Origin: an uncultured virus (IMG/VR IMGVR_UViG_3300042197_001803)
Lineage: Duplodnaviria; Heunggongvirae; Uroviricota; Caudoviricetes
Virus record (IMG/VR): IMGVR_UViG_3300042197_001803
Location: 31,858 to 95,857 of that record
DNA: 64,000 bases
Reading direction: 5' to 3' (one strand)
Made by a program: the position numbers and the translations under genes. Position 1 is the stretch's first letter, and every line of letters begins with the position of its first letter. Of this stretch, positions 9,338 to 19,634 are shown piece after piece. The notes below the pieces were generated by a model, which worked only from the letters and a program-made list of their open reading frames with translations, was not told the origin of the DNA and made no database searches.

Positions 9338-9653
9338 TCAAAACATTATTTACCACATCTTTTATCATACTTTCCATAAGAACACCTGACTTAGAAAATA
9401 CTTCTTGTCCGTTGTTAAAACCTTTAACGGTTGGGATTGCTCTAATACCTAAACTAGATGATAATTCTCTATTCTCTTCTACATTTAGTGTGTACATTTT
9501 AACGTCTGAACCTTCAGTGTTAACTTCACTAGCAACCGACTCAAAGATAGGTTTCATTAATTTACAGGGTCCGCACCACGGTGCCCAAAAATCAACTACT
9601 AGTTTTTCGCCATTGGCAATTTTTTCGCTTAATAATTCTTGTGTAATTTCCAT
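9330..9653 (-). CDS. trxA: Thioredoxin
   Basis: VVDFWAPWCGPCK and IRAIPT motifs. Confidence 0.95.
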   Translation of the reverse strand: MEITQELLSEKIANGEKLVVDFWAPWCGPCKLMKPIFESVASEVNTEGSDVKMYTLNVEENRELSSSLGIRAIPTVKGFNNGQEVFSKSGVLMESMIKDVVNNVLNG

Positions 9654-9657
9654 TTTT

Positions 9658-9975
9658 TTAATTAGTTTTTTTTAAATTATGAATAGTGAAATCAACGATA
9701 TTTGACTTGTCGTTTCCACTTAATATAAATATAGTATTACCATGTTTAATGTAAAATAAAATACCAGTCGCATCATATTCTAATAGAATATCATTGTATG
9801 TTATATTACCGTCTGAATCAACCTTTTTAACCTCCCATAGTTTATGGTATTTTTTTATTGATTTTTCAATGAAATCTTCAGGTTTATATGGTGGTTCAAC
9901 TAAACATATTGAAGGGTAAGTTTTATATTTTCTTACAAATGTTTCAATACAAAACTGCGGTATATCATTAATCAT
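9658..9975 (-). CDS. Hypothetical protein
   Basis: 105 aa ORF in operon. Confidence 0.6.
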   Translation of the reverse strand: MINDIPQFCIETFVRKYKTYPSICLVEPPYKPEDFIEKSIKKYHKLWEVKKVDSDGNITYNDILLEYDATGILFYIKHGNTIFILSGNDKSNIVDFTIHNLKKTN

Positions 9976-9999
9976 TATTTATAAATTTAATAAACTATT

Positions 10000-11745
10000 T
10001 TAAAAAAAGAAACCTAATTCGTTGGCTAATGAGTTATTATTACATATGTTTTCTGTGTCCCACTTTAACCCAATAAGTTTTTCACCTGAAGGAATGTTAT
10101 ATCTAAGCCTGTCATCATTATCAACAACTAGTTTTGTGTAAAATTTTCTAGCTCCAACTTCAAGAATTGCCGATGGTAATTCAAATTTATTTTTATCCAC
10201 CAAATCGTCAAGTCTTTTATCTAAACACTCTAAAGTATAGTCCCATGTCTCATCAAGTTTGTTGTTAAACCTACCTAAACTCTGTACTCTAGCGAGTTTA
10301 ATAACTCTTTCACCATTATGCCAAATTTTATATTCAATAGTTGCCCTGTCTTTACTTTCAACATCATTTTTTCTTAGTGATACAATAACAGAACTTTCTC
10401 TTCTCAAATACGTTTTAACACAGTTTGATTGAATAAAAGATTCATAGTTATATTCTCTTGAGTCGGTTAGTAATTTAGAATATACCACACCGTATTTAGT
10501 CAGAATAGGAACCTCAACAGTTTTTTTAAACTCATCAGAATATAATCTCTTGAAATTACCATTATTATAACTTTCCAGTTTTTCAGTCCAGTTATAATGT
10601 TCGTCCAAAAAAGAATCATAATTATTTGATTTCCACTTAACATTTTCAATAGGTCTTAATCTATTTAAGAATCTAATATGGTCAAAAAAAGTGTTGATGT
10701 TTATCTCACCAATCAATACTAATTTAAATATCTCAAAAGCATTGTGTTTTTCTTTTGGGTTATCCAACAAATATTGAGAGGTACAATCAACCCCATGATA
10801 AATTTGAGTCTCAATTATTTTCTTAATAACATTATCGTCTTGGGATAGTATGTAATCTTTACCAAATATACTAAATGTGGCATCTAACCCACCAATCTCA
10901 ATAGATTCTACTTTGTGTAAAACTCTTTTTAATTTATCACCACTAAGTTTTCTCATACCCATAAAAGTATCAATAAACTTATTTTTATACTTTTTTAAAT
11001 CTTTTTTAGTTGGTGCAGGGTATAAATTTCTAAACGAAGACCAGTTATTAGAGTATTTTATGTTGTTATTATCCAAATATAATTTATAGATTAAATCATC
11101 ATCGGATAAATTAGGGGTCTGACTTATGTTTAATTTTTTGAAAAATACATTGAATATTTCCGAAGCTGAGTAAACCGCGGGATGTTCAATTAGTTCACCT
11201 GAAGAAAAATTAATTTGTTTTGGTAAATAACTACCAATCACATTTCTAATATATATTTTCATTTCTGCACATGGTGACTTCCAAAAGGAGTTTTTACGCA
11301 TTGCTTTTGAAAATTTTCTTTTCTTGTGGTAATTAGTAATGTGCCCTGAGTAAAACGTATTTGTTTTAGAGTTGAACCCGATGTATTTTAAATGAGTTTT
11401 AACTCTAAAATATTTAGAACCAGCAATTCTAACTCTAGAGTAATCAAAAACTTTAATAACTGTTTTACCTTCGTTCTGTTCAACAAATATAGTAGTCCTT
11501 GACATCTCAACTCTAGCTAAAGGATTACCATAATTTTCTAAAAAATCACTTTCCTTATCTGATTTTGATAGTAAAGTAAATTTACGATTGTAATAATCAT
11601 GTACAGGACCTACTAAATCATCAAATAATGAATCAACATCATTAGTTTCAATATTTTTAATTCTTTTAGGTTTATATTCGTTGTAGTTCTGAAATATTGA
11701 CGTAGAATGTCTTACTAACACTTTAGTATATAATGTCTCCTTCAT
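10000..11745 (-). CDS. PcfJ-like domain protein
   Basis: C-terminal ES..QSNCVKTY...IVSLR...RATIEY...VQSLGRFN pattern. Confidence 0.75.
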   Translation of the reverse strand: MKETLYTKVLVRHSTSIFQNYNEYKPKRIKNIETNDVDSLFDDLVGPVHDYYNRKFTLLSKSDKESDFLENYGNPLARVEMSRTTIFVEQNEGKTVIKVFDYSRVRIAGSKYFRVKTHLKYIGFNSKTNTFYSGHITNYHKKRKFSKAMRKNSFWKSPCAEMKIYIRNVIGSYLPKQINFSSGELIEHPAVYSASEIFNVFFKKLNISQTPNLSDDDLIYKLYLDNNNIKYSNNWSSFRNLYPAPTKKDLKKYKNKFIDTFMGMRKLSGDKLKRVLHKVESIEIGGLDATFSIFGKDYILSQDDNVIKKIIETQIYHGVDCTSQYLLDNPKEKHNAFEIFKLVLIGEININTFFDHIRFLNRLRPIENVKWKSNNYDSFLDEHYNWTEKLESYNNGNFKRLYSDEFKKTVEVPILTKYGVVYSKLLTDSREYNYESFIQSNCVKTYLRRESSVIVSLRKNDVESKDRATIEYKIWHNGERVIKLARVQSLGRFNNKLDETWDYTLECLDKRLDDLVDKNKFELPSAILEVGARKFYTKLVVDNDDRLRYNIPSGEKLIGLKWDTENICNNNSLANELGFFF

Positions 11746-11799
11746 ATCGTAAATTTAATTAAAATAAGAGGGAGAGTCAATCTCTCCCCCAATCACAAT

Positions 11800-12555
11800 T
11801 TAACACATCTCCTCAGCAAGTTCCCAAAGTTTGGTGTTAATCTGACTAACCGCCAAGATGTTTTTCAACCCTTTGAGTTCTGTTTTTCTACCTGAATTTG
11901 AGGTATATTTCAAACCACCTTTAACAAAGTTCTCTTGAATTACGTTGAAGGTTGTCCAAACATCTTTACCCATGTCAGCCTCTCTTTTTGGGTGAACGAT
12001 AGACATAACATCAAGGGCTGTTGGTACACTACCACTTTTCCAACGAAGGTTAATTGCTCGTTTGATGAAAGTAATCCTTTCTTTATCGGTCATTACCTTG
12101 TTCATCATTTTACTAACAGAATTTTCAATCAAAGGTAATCTTGAGGCGAAACTTTCAGTCAATTTTTTCGCATCATCCAAATCAAATCTTTGGTGCTTAA
12201 CATTAAAAGATTCAGAAACTGAAGTAGGTACTGTCAACCCATTACTACAAACAAGTCGGTGTAAGCCAGCACTTACTGAAAATGTTGCCATACCATTGTG
12301 AGAATTGCGAATAATCGCTTCAACCAATGAATCACCTACTTTAGGTAGCTCGCCATTACGGAATCTTAATTCGTGAACTGAATGTACACCTTTACCAATT
12401 TGTTTAACTGATGACACATTCCAACCTTGTTTTTCAAAGTTTTCCAAAATTTCCACGGTAGGTACAAATACGTACCTGTTAGACATTTTAGTTGATGGTG
12501 ATGTTGCAAATACTGATGGTGCAATCTCTTTAATAAGTTCAGGTGTATAAATCAT
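11800..12555 (-). other. DUF932/DUF945 family phage-plasmid protein
   Basis: APSVFAT...S.RY.FVPT..., NSHNG...AGLHRLVCSNGL, W..FNVIQEN, N..LW.LA. Confidence 0.85.
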
Positions 12556-12578
12556 ATCAATTATTTTTAATTACATCA

Positions 12579-12609
12579 CAAAGATAGTAATTAATTTTGA
12601 TATAACAAA
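12579..12609 (-). promoter_or_regulatory. Bacteroidota-type sigma-A promoter (-33/-7)
   Basis: Minus strand TTTG (12609-12606), 19-nt spacer, TATCTTTG (12586-12579). Confidence 0.75.
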
Positions 12610-12610
12610 G

Positions 12611-12898
12611 TTAGTTTAAACAAAATTGCCCGAACTTTGTATCTTGAAATAATTTGTTGGTTTTTTCTACTAATATATCATTCTTTTGGACTTTGAGTAG
12701 TCCTCCAACAATTTCAATAATTTGAGACCTTGTTAGGGAAACGTCATCACCTTTTTCAATGTTAATATAACACTGTTCTTTGACTTTATTAAAAAAATCA
12801 TCTTTATTAATATCACCAATTAATTCTGTAAGAGAACTTGGATTTTTTTCAAAAAAAGAAATAAATTGATTTAAGTATATTTCAACATCTACATTCAT
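12611..12898 (-). CDS. Hypothetical protein
   Basis: 95 aa ORF. Confidence 0.6.
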   Translation of the reverse strand: MNVDVEIYLNQFISFFEKNPSSLTELIGDINKDDFFNKVKEQCYINIEKGDDVSLTRSQIIEIVGGLLKVQKNDILVEKTNKLFQDTKFGQFCLN

Positions 12899-12933
12899 AC
12901 GTAAATAATTTTTATTGTTATACCTAACAATAA

Positions 12934-14316
12934 TTAATTTACATAATAAAATCCATTACCCTCATCAGATAATTTTTCTTTTAACCTTTCAGGTATTTTT
13001 ATATTACTGTTTGTACCTGCTAAGTTAATGAACGCCAATCCAGGAATGTCCGCAATTGATTCAGGTAAACTTTCAAGGTTAGTGTTATTAGGTAAAGCCA
13101 AGAAGTTTAATGATTTTAAATTACCGATACTATTAGGTAATTTTTTAACAATATTTTGTAAAAGTAATGCCTGTAAATTAGTAAATCTACTTAATGTTTC
13201 AGGAACATCTAAAGCAATATTTTCTTTAGACTTATTATTGATTAGTAAGTGTTCAATATCTTCAGGTAAACTTTCAAATAACTCATCAAAACCGTAAAGA
13301 GCAACAAATTTACCTGCAGAACTGTCAGGATAATTAATCTCAACTTTATTACCGCCTTTATTAACCAATCCTTTAGCAAATTCAGGTTTGAAAAAGTCTT
13401 TAAGTTCTTTCATCGGACCATTTAACATTTCAACCAAATTAATTTGTCTGTCATGTCTGTCCATGTATTGGTTTGACGGGAAGTGGAATTGATATCTTTC
13501 TTGTGGAAGACCTGTTTTCTTACCAACTTGACCCTTATCATCATTAGGGAATACAACATATAATGGACCATCTTTAATATAACCATTAAAATAAGTTAAT
13601 CCAGGTGATGATGTACACCATCTAGACTCACCTTGGTCATATTCGTGAAATCCACCATACCAAATAGCCGCATCTTTACCAATTTGACCTTGGTCAGAAA
13701 CTTTAATTAAAGTCCAATTTGGACCTTCATATATAATTTCACCACCAGCATGGTTAAATCCTTGTCTTGTTTTTTTAGCTTCTTTTTTCTCTAACTCAGC
13801 CTTTTTCTTTTCAGGGATTTGGAAATCTTTAAGAGTATCAAATAAAGTTTCTACTGTAAATTTATTGATGTCTCTTTGGTCTTGAGGTAAGTATTGTTTA
13901 GCTCTTTCAAATTTAGATAGGTCACTAGTAACCTTATATAAATCCTCCATGAATAAATCTCTAGCTCTTTGAACGGCTCTTTTATATTCAGGTGAACGAA
14001 AATCGTACTCTTTTTCTTCAGGAGTTAAAGGGATGTTCACAAAGTTTTTAAGTAACCATTGGGAATACTTACCAACTTTAACTTTTTCCATATCATCAAC
14101 ACTAATTGTATCAATATCACCAAGACCCTCGGGTACTCTAGTTGTTGGGTCAGCAAAAACAATCGCCTTAAGAGTTTCAAAATCAATAACTCCTTTAGGT
14201 TTTTTCTCACCTTCAACACCTTTAGCTTTAGCAGCTGGTTTAACTAACTTATCGTATAATACCTTGAATCTCGACTGTTCAACAATCAAATTGGATAACA
14301 AATCTGTAAATCTCAT
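12934..14316 (-). CDS. PcfJ-related domain fused to C-terminal leucine-rich repeats
   Basis: SRWCTS...YF..Y...GPLYV...RYQFHF...D..D central motif; LRRs LPNSIGNLKSLNFLAL, LESLPESIADI..L..INL. Confidence 0.65.
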   Translation of the reverse strand: MRFTDLLSNLIVEQSRFKVLYDKLVKPAAKAKGVEGEKKPKGVIDFETLKAIVFADPTTRVPEGLGDIDTISVDDMEKVKVGKYSQWLLKNFVNIPLTPEEKEYDFRSPEYKRAVQRARDLFMEDLYKVTSDLSKFERAKQYLPQDQRDINKFTVETLFDTLKDFQIPEKKKAELEKKEAKKTRQGFNHAGGEIIYEGPNWTLIKVSDQGQIGKDAAIWYGGFHEYDQGESRWCTSSPGLTYFNGYIKDGPLYVVFPNDDKGQVGKKTGLPQERYQFHFPSNQYMDRHDRQINLVEMLNGPMKELKDFFKPEFAKGLVNKGGNKVEINYPDSSAGKFVALYGFDELFESLPEDIEHLLINNKSKENIALDVPETLSRFTNLQALLLQNIVKKLPNSIGNLKSLNFLALPNNTNLESLPESIADIPGLAFINLAGTNSNIKIPERLKEKLSDEGNGFYYVN

Positions 14317-14358
14317 ATCAGTTTCTTTTACAAATAAATATCAATAAAATCAAAAATA

Positions 14359-15207
14359 TTAGTAATTCATAATTAAAAGTTCCTCACCCATGTTTTGAGT
14401 CTTTCCTTTTTTAGCCGCAGCCGCTTTAGCAAATTCTTTTTTCTCCCATCGATAAGTCTCTTCAGGGAACCATTCGTGTAAAAGTGGGAAATCATAATAA
14501 GACAAACTAAACTTGCCTTTAATACTATGTAATACATTAGCGAGTCGTTCATGGTCGTTTCTATTAAAATCATGGTTTGAATAATAATCCCCCTCACCGA
14601 CAGAAAAATAAGGTGGGTCAACATAAAAATAAGTCGTAGGATTATCATACTTTTCAATTACCTCTTGAAAATCCATGTTTTCCACAAAAGTAATTTTTTC
14701 AAACATTTTTTGCCACTCCGATTTTTTTAATTTATTCATAAATGAAGTAAATTTTGAATGATACTTACCTTTTAAATCAATAAATTTTGATTTGGATGGG
14801 TTAGCTCCTGAAAATACCTGTGTTAAAACATAAACATATTTTGCGGCAGTAACATAATCGTAAGGTTCTACTCTGAAATCCTCCGAGAATATTTCATCCT
14901 GAAACCTGTTGAATTGTTCAACACATACGGGATTAGTTGGATACACCCCTTTTTCCTGAACCACTAATCTCTCACACTCATCCAAAAGTCGTTGGTGGTT
15001 TTTAATACATGTATATAAATTATAATTTAAAGGGTTTATATCGTTATAAACTACCGTTTTTAAATTTGGATATTTATCTAAATCCATATTAAAAAAACAC
15101 CAAAACATTCCACCAAATGTTTCTACGTATGTTTCCATGTCTTTTGGATAAAATTCATTTATCCATTTTCCTATTCTACTTTTACCACCAATATAACTTA
15201 ATGCCAT
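14359..15207 (-). CDS. DNA adenine methyltransferase, D12/Dam class
   Basis: YIGGKS, YVETFGG, YNDIN, FYVDPPY and C-terminal ELLIMNY motifs. Confidence 0.92.
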   Translation of the reverse strand: MALSYIGGKSRIGKWINEFYPKDMETYVETFGGMFWCFFNMDLDKYPNLKTVVYNDINPLNYNLYTCIKNHQRLLDECERLVVQEKGVYPTNPVCVEQFNRFQDEIFSEDFRVEPYDYVTAAKYVYVLTQVFSGANPSKSKFIDLKGKYHSKFTSFMNKLKKSEWQKMFEKITFVENMDFQEVIEKYDNPTTYFYVDPPYFSVGEGDYYSNHDFNRNDHERLANVLHSIKGKFSLSYYDFPLLHEWFPEETYRWEKKEFAKAAAAKKGKTQNMGEELLIMNY

Positions 15208-15210
15208 AAC

Positions 15211-15894
15211 TTATTTTTTTCTATATTTTTGTTTATTTTTTATTGTTTCAATTACTTCGTCAAATATAAGTCTTTTTCTTTGAAGAAAAAAGTTTGAGTC
15301 AAAATAAAATCCGTAATATATATTTTCAATGTCTTTCATTCCTGACCATCCAATAAATTTATATTCTTTATTTTTTGGTCCGTATAATTTGTTAATGTTT
15401 GTACCAAACAATAAATTCATTCTTTCATTAATGTTGTTTAACATATCCAAAGACCCTCCAACAATTTTTAAATCACCTCTTTGTGAACCATCTCTTTTAT
15501 CGGTATTAATTCTTATACATCCATCACCATCAAAATAACCTCTTAAAAAATGTCTTTCAAATTTTTCATTGATTTGAGGATATTTTACAGAAAATGTTTT
15601 ATTTTGTAATACACCCAATTTTTCTAAATCATTAATTATTTTTTTTCCAGACATAAAAACTTCACAAGTTTCTCTTTTTTTGTTTTTCCAAACATTCATT
15701 TCACCGTCAATGGATTTAATAAATTTCTCTAAGATACCAACATCTTTACTATGTAATTTTAAAGTTAATTGATATCGGTGTTTTTTTGGGTCGTTGGTTA
15801 CGCACCCATCCGCAAATATAAATCCCAAAAAGTAAGCTTTTTCTTCACTGTCTATAGTTTCAAAATAATTTTCATTATATATTTTTTTTCTCAT
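15211..15894 (-). CDS. LAGLIDADG homing endonuclease (two motifs)
   Basis: AYFLGFIFADGCV and HFLRGYFDGDGCI. Confidence 0.9.
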   Translation of the reverse strand: MRKKIYNENYFETIDSEEKAYFLGFIFADGCVTNDPKKHRYQLTLKLHSKDVGILEKFIKSIDGEMNVWKNKKRETCEVFMSGKKIINDLEKLGVLQNKTFSVKYPQINEKFERHFLRGYFDGDGCIRINTDKRDGSQRGDLKIVGGSLDMLNNINERMNLLFGTNINKLYGPKNKEYKFIGWSGMKDIENIYYGFYFDSNFFLQRKRLIFDEVIETIKNKQKYRKK

Positions 15895-16030
15895 AATACT
15901 CTTTAACTAAATTTTGAATAAACTTAGAGATACTAATTTCCTCAGTTTTCATTTTATCAAATAGATGTCGGTCAATACTAATTCCGTATTTAACTTTTTT
16001 ATCTTTGTTTTCTTTCTTTGGTCGTCCCAT
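15875..16030 (-). CDS. Small RHH-like DNA-binding protein (51 aa, not in track)
   Basis: MGRPKKENKDKKVKYGISIDRHLFDKMKTEEISISKFIQNLVKEYYEKKNI; overlaps the LAGLIDADG start by 20 nt. Confidence 0.7.
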   Translation of the reverse strand: MGRPKKENKDKKVKYGISIDRHLFDKMKTEEISISKFIQNLVKEYYEKKNI

Positions 16031-16150
16031 ATATAATAAATATCACAAAATATATTAAAAGTGCGTTAAAAAACAAATAAATTAAGAATTATTTTTATTG
16101 TTTTACTTTATTGATTGTTTTTTCTATTTTTAAAATAAATTAATATTGAT

Positions 16151-16297
16151 ATGGAAACGACAGAAAAAAAGAAATGTAAAAGTTGTAGAAAATTCACTTC
16201 ATACCATTGGTCATTGGTTGTGATTTCTTTCTATATTTTGTTTGCCGCGGTTTACGGTACAATAAAATTAGTAAAAGAACTTATGTTATTGTTTTAA
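16151..16297 (+). CDS. Small membrane protein with CxxC (48 aa, not in track)
   Basis: [48 protein letters not shown]. Confidence 0.55.
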   Translation: METTEKKKCKSCRKFTSYHWSLVVISFYILFAAVYGTIKLVKELMLLF

Positions 16298-17208
16298 TTA
16301 GTTCTTTTAAATTTAACGAATAACTTAACAAACATATCCCCACTATTATGATACCCCTTACCTTTAACCCTTAATGGTTTAGAGGTGTCAAAAATATCAG
16401 GTAATTTAATTGATATACTCCCGAGTGGGTGTGGAACCTCTATGTTGTCTTTTTCAAGTTCATCTTTATTAAGATATGAGTTATAGATTAAATCGTCGCC
16501 AATCTTTTCAAAATTATTTTGAGGAACTGATTTAACTCTAATAACTAAATTACCATACATACCATCAATGTAATCACCTTTACCTTGTAACTTTAAAAAT
16601 TGACCGTCGTCAATACCATGAGGTAATTTTATTTTTATACTTTCCAAAACTGACTTAGTTGTTTTACCATTACAACTTAAACAGGTTTTACTATACAAAA
16701 ATCCAGACCCTTTACAGTTATTACACGCCTGTCTAACCATTTGATTGAACATACTATTACCTATCTTATGTACATGAAATCCTTGTCCATTACAAACATG
16801 ACAGGTAATTCTGTCTCCCCCAGAACCATTACAGTCATTACATTGTAATTCTCTATTATATGTAATAACTCTATCACCAGCCAAAAATGAATCTACCGCA
16901 CCTATATTCATTTCAATTATTTTATCGGGAACCCCTCTTTTTCTTGAGGTATAAAATTGATTACCAAATAAATCTTCAAATGGATTAAACCCACCACCGA
17001 ATGGATTTTGTTTTTTACTATCGTACATTTTTCTTTTATTTTCATCTCCCAAAGTGTCATAAGCTTCAGATATTTTTTTAAAATTATCTTCAGACCCTCC
17101 TTTATCGGGATGATGTTCAACCGCTAATTTACGATACGCCTTTTTTATTTCATCTTGTGTGGCGTTTTCATTAACACCTAATACCGTGTAAAAATTATCC
17201 TGATTCAT
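16294..17208 (-). CDS. dnaJ: DnaJ chaperone (J domain, zinc finger, C-terminal domain)
   Basis: HPD motif, CxxCxGxG repeats, GxG/GDL C-terminal motifs. Confidence 0.93.
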   Translation of the reverse strand: MNQDNFYTVLGVNENATQDEIKKAYRKLAVEHHPDKGGSEDNFKKISEAYDTLGDENKRKMYDSKKQNPFGGGFNPFEDLFGNQFYTSRKRGVPDKIIEMNIGAVDSFLAGDRVITYNRELQCNDCNGSGGDRITCHVCNGQGFHVHKIGNSMFNQMVRQACNNCKGSGFLYSKTCLSCNGKTTKSVLESIKIKLPHGIDDGQFLKLQGKGDYIDGMYGNLVIRVKSVPQNNFEKIGDDLIYNSYLNKDELEKDNIEVPHPLGSISIKLPDIFDTSKPLRVKGKGYHNSGDMFVKLFVKFKRTN

Positions 17209-17276
17209 TTACAATATTTATTTAAAACCTTTTTAAGTTATATTTTAATAATATAATCAAAATAAGTTATAAAGTA

Positions 17277-17930
17277 ATGAACTACTCCGAAAATTACCTT
17301 ATAGTTCTTTTTAAGAATAAAAGAAAAAAGAAAATAATCAATAAATTTAAGACTCATAAAAGAGCTAAAGAATTTTTTGATAATTTATTATCGGAATCCA
17401 ATAGTGTAATATTTGATAAACAATACGAAAATGGTGTTAAATCAAAATATGAAATCGCAATATTAGAACGAATGTCAGGTACTATGTTACCAATCTTTTT
17501 AAAAGATGAACTAGGTAGAAATATTAAAGTTGAATTGGATGATGAAAACTATAAAATAATTAAGATTGAGGATTATAAAGAAGACGAGTATATTTTAGAT
17601 TATTCTAATTCAAATAAATTAACAACTAAGGAATTCATTAAGACTTTTTTGGACCCGTCAGGATTCAAATTAATATCTAAATTAAATAATAAGATTATTG
17701 TACAAAACGACGATAAAATAAATTTATTTACACTTAAAAATGAAGATGATTCTTTAAGGTTTGTAGATAGTTTAAGTGAATATTTTAGACTACATAAAAG
17801 GTTTGATTGTATCTTTGTTAAAGATTACTCAACACAACAAAGAAAGTACTTATACGAACTTTTGGTTAATAATGGTTTTCCTAAGAGTTATTTGGTTCGT
17901 CGTTCAACGACTCATCCAGTAAAAACATAA
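17277..17930 (+). CDS. Hypothetical protein
   Basis: 217 aa ORF divergent from dnaJ. Confidence 0.65.
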   Translation: MNYSENYLIVLFKNKRKKKIINKFKTHKRAKEFFDNLLSESNSVIFDKQYENGVKSKYEIAILERMSGTMLPIFLKDELGRNIKVELDDENYKIIKIEDYKEDEYILDYSNSNKLTTKEFIKTFLDPSGFKLISKLNNKIIVQNDDKINLFTLKNEDDSLRFVDSLSEYFRLHKRFDCIFVKDYSTQQRKYLYELLVNNGFPKSYLVRRSTTHPVKT

Positions 17931-18132
17931 ATTGAACGTTGGATAATTCAATCATAAATTGAGAATGTCCATGGTCAATTTCTCTAAAATTTTTTTGTAC
18001 TTTTTTAAACTCGTCTTTTTTAAGCTCTAATGCAACTGCTATTTTTCCATTTGGAAAAAGTGTTTCTAACCCATCGGAAATCATTGCCAGTTTTTCAATT
18101 ATCCCATCAATACTTTTTTGATTCTCTTCCAT
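17881..18132 (-). CDS. Hypothetical protein
   Basis: 83 aa ORF. Confidence 0.55.
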   Translation of the reverse strand: MEENQKSIDGIIEKLAMISDGLETLFPNGKIAVALELKKDEFKKVQKNFREIDHGHSQFMIELSNVQFMFLLDESLNDEPNNS

Positions 18133-18290
18133 AGTGATAATTTTTCAGGTTGTTTAGGTAGAATATCTTCTTTTTTTAATTTTTTTATATTGGCGATGAT
18201 GGTTTTTTTTTGAGATTCTAATTCTGTTTTATCCTTTAGTCTCTCCTTCTCCAACCACTCTAACGCCCTCGAGTTCGTCTTCAGTGTCAT
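18099..18290 (-). CDS. Hypothetical basic protein
   Basis: 63 aa, ends SLWKRIKKVLMG (amphipathic). Confidence 0.55.
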   Translation of the reverse strand: MTLKTNSRALEWLEKERLKDKTELESQKKTIIANIKKLKKEDILPKQPEKLSLWKRIKKVLMG

Positions 18291-18672
18291 CTAACTTAAT
18301 CTTATTGTTTTTTATTTCAAATTGAAGTTCTTTTAAATTGTGTAAATTTTGTTTTTCAAATAATACTTTAAGTTCGTTAACTTTAGATTCAAATAGTTTT
18401 TCTTTTTCTTCTCTTTCTAAATTATATTTAACAATACTTTGAATGTTCTTTGAAGTTAATTCAATGTCTTCTTCATTTATTTCACTAACAAAAGAAAAAA
18501 ATCTATGTCCTTGAATTTGTGATTCTTGTTCTAAAATTTTATCTTCTCTAACAAATTTTTTAGGTAACTTCCATGTATTTGGAAAATTAACATCAAAACT
18601 TAGATAGTTTTTAATTTTTCTAACCGATTGGATATACGGTAGTAATGCTGAAAATTCTTTATATAAACTCAT
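18229..18672 (-). CDS. Hypothetical protein
   Basis: 147 aa ORF with coiled-coil C-terminus. Confidence 0.65.
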   Translation of the reverse strand: MSLYKEFSALLPYIQSVRKIKNYLSFDVNFPNTWKLPKKFVREDKILEQESQIQGHRFFSFVSEINEEDIELTSKNIQSIVKYNLEREEKEKLFESKVNELKVLFEKQNLHNLKELQFEIKNNKIKLDDTEDELEGVRVVGEGETKG

Positions 18673-18676
18673 TCTA

Positions 18677-18865
18677 TTAAATCTTGATTAGGTATGTTAA
18701 AATATAAGACAAAGATAAACCAAAAAACATAAGTTCCCTCCCAGACAATATAAACTGTTCGGGAGGGTTTTTACTAAGGGCACTTATAAACCTGAAAATT
18801 GTTCTACTAACATTTAGTGCTGTAAAAATAAAAACGAATAAAAAAATCGTGTCTAATGTATACAT
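18677..18865 (-). CDS. Small two-TM membrane protein
   Basis: 62 aa with two hydrophobic segments. Confidence 0.6.
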   Translation of the reverse strand: MYTLDTIFLFVFIFTALNVSRTIFRFISALSKNPPEQFILSGRELMFFGLSLSYILTYLIKI

Positions 18866-19041
18866 TATTCGTTTGTTTTCTTTTCGTCTAATATTTCAAG
18901 TCTTAATTGTTGTAGTAGTGATTTAAGTTCCTGAGCTTGTTTTCTTGCTCTGGTTCCTGCACTTTTGTTACCTTTGTAAAATTTAGTAACATCGACTGAT
19001 AATTCTTCAGTCAATAATTTAATTTTTTCTAAAGTTTCCAT
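18865..19041 (-). CDS. Histone H1-like (Hc1 family) nucleoid protein (58 aa, not in track)
   Basis: METLEKIKLLTEELSVDVTKFYKGNKSAGTRARKQAQELKSLLQQLRLEI; KGNKxAGTRARK signature. Confidence 0.8.
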   Translation of the reverse strand: METLEKIKLLTEELSVDVTKFYKGNKSAGTRARKQAQELKSLLQQLRLEILDEKKTNE

Positions 19042-19119
19042 TTTTTTATATTTTTAAAGTTTTTATCTTAATCTAAGATTAGTTTTTTTTATTATATAGT
19101 AAACAATAACTGAGTTTTT

Positions 19120-19587
19120 TTAATTTTTCAAATTTCTATCCAAAGTCTTATAAATTGTAGCTATCATATCTAAATCAGACTTGGTAAATGGTTTTTTAAC
19201 ATCGAATAGGTCATTGAAGAAGTTACCTATTGACTTTCTAACCTTATCGTCAGTTTGATTGTAAAATATGTCTTTAAAGAAAGACTGAAAATATTCGTAG
19301 TGGTCACCCTTTTTTAAGAATTTAATATTTTCTTTTTCAAAATTCTCAACGGTTTTGTTCCAACACCAATCAAAGTGTTTAACATTATCGTCCTCTGACA
19401 TTACTATTTTAGTTTCATTAGGTAATGTATTTTCACCCAAATAGGTATCAACTATAATTATGTTTAATGAATGTGAAAAATCAGAAAACAAATCTAGTTT
19501 TTCAGGTATGATATTGTTTACCCTAAACCATATGTCAACATCCTCAGGATTCAACGGTTTTGTTATATAATTAAAAAAATTCTCCAT
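19120..19587 (-). CDS. Hypothetical protein
   Basis: 155 aa ORF; start codon lies inside a terminator stem. Confidence 0.7.
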   Translation of the reverse strand: MENFFNYITKPLNPEDVDIWFRVNNIIPEKLDLFSDFSHSLNIIIVDTYLGENTLPNETKIVMSEDDNVKHFDWCWNKTVENFEKENIKFLKKGDHYEYFQSFFKDIFYNQTDDKVRKSIGNFFNDLFDVKKPFTKSDLDMIATIYKTLDRNLKN

Positions 19588-19606
19588 AGATTTGGTCTAT
19601 GGAGAA
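19573..19606 (-). terminator. Intrinsic terminator overlapping the downstream start codon
   Basis: 11-bp perfect stem TTCTCCATAGA/TCTATGGAGAA, 5-nt loop, U7. Confidence 0.75.
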
Positions 19607-19634
19607 ATAATAATTAATAATATAATAATGTAAA

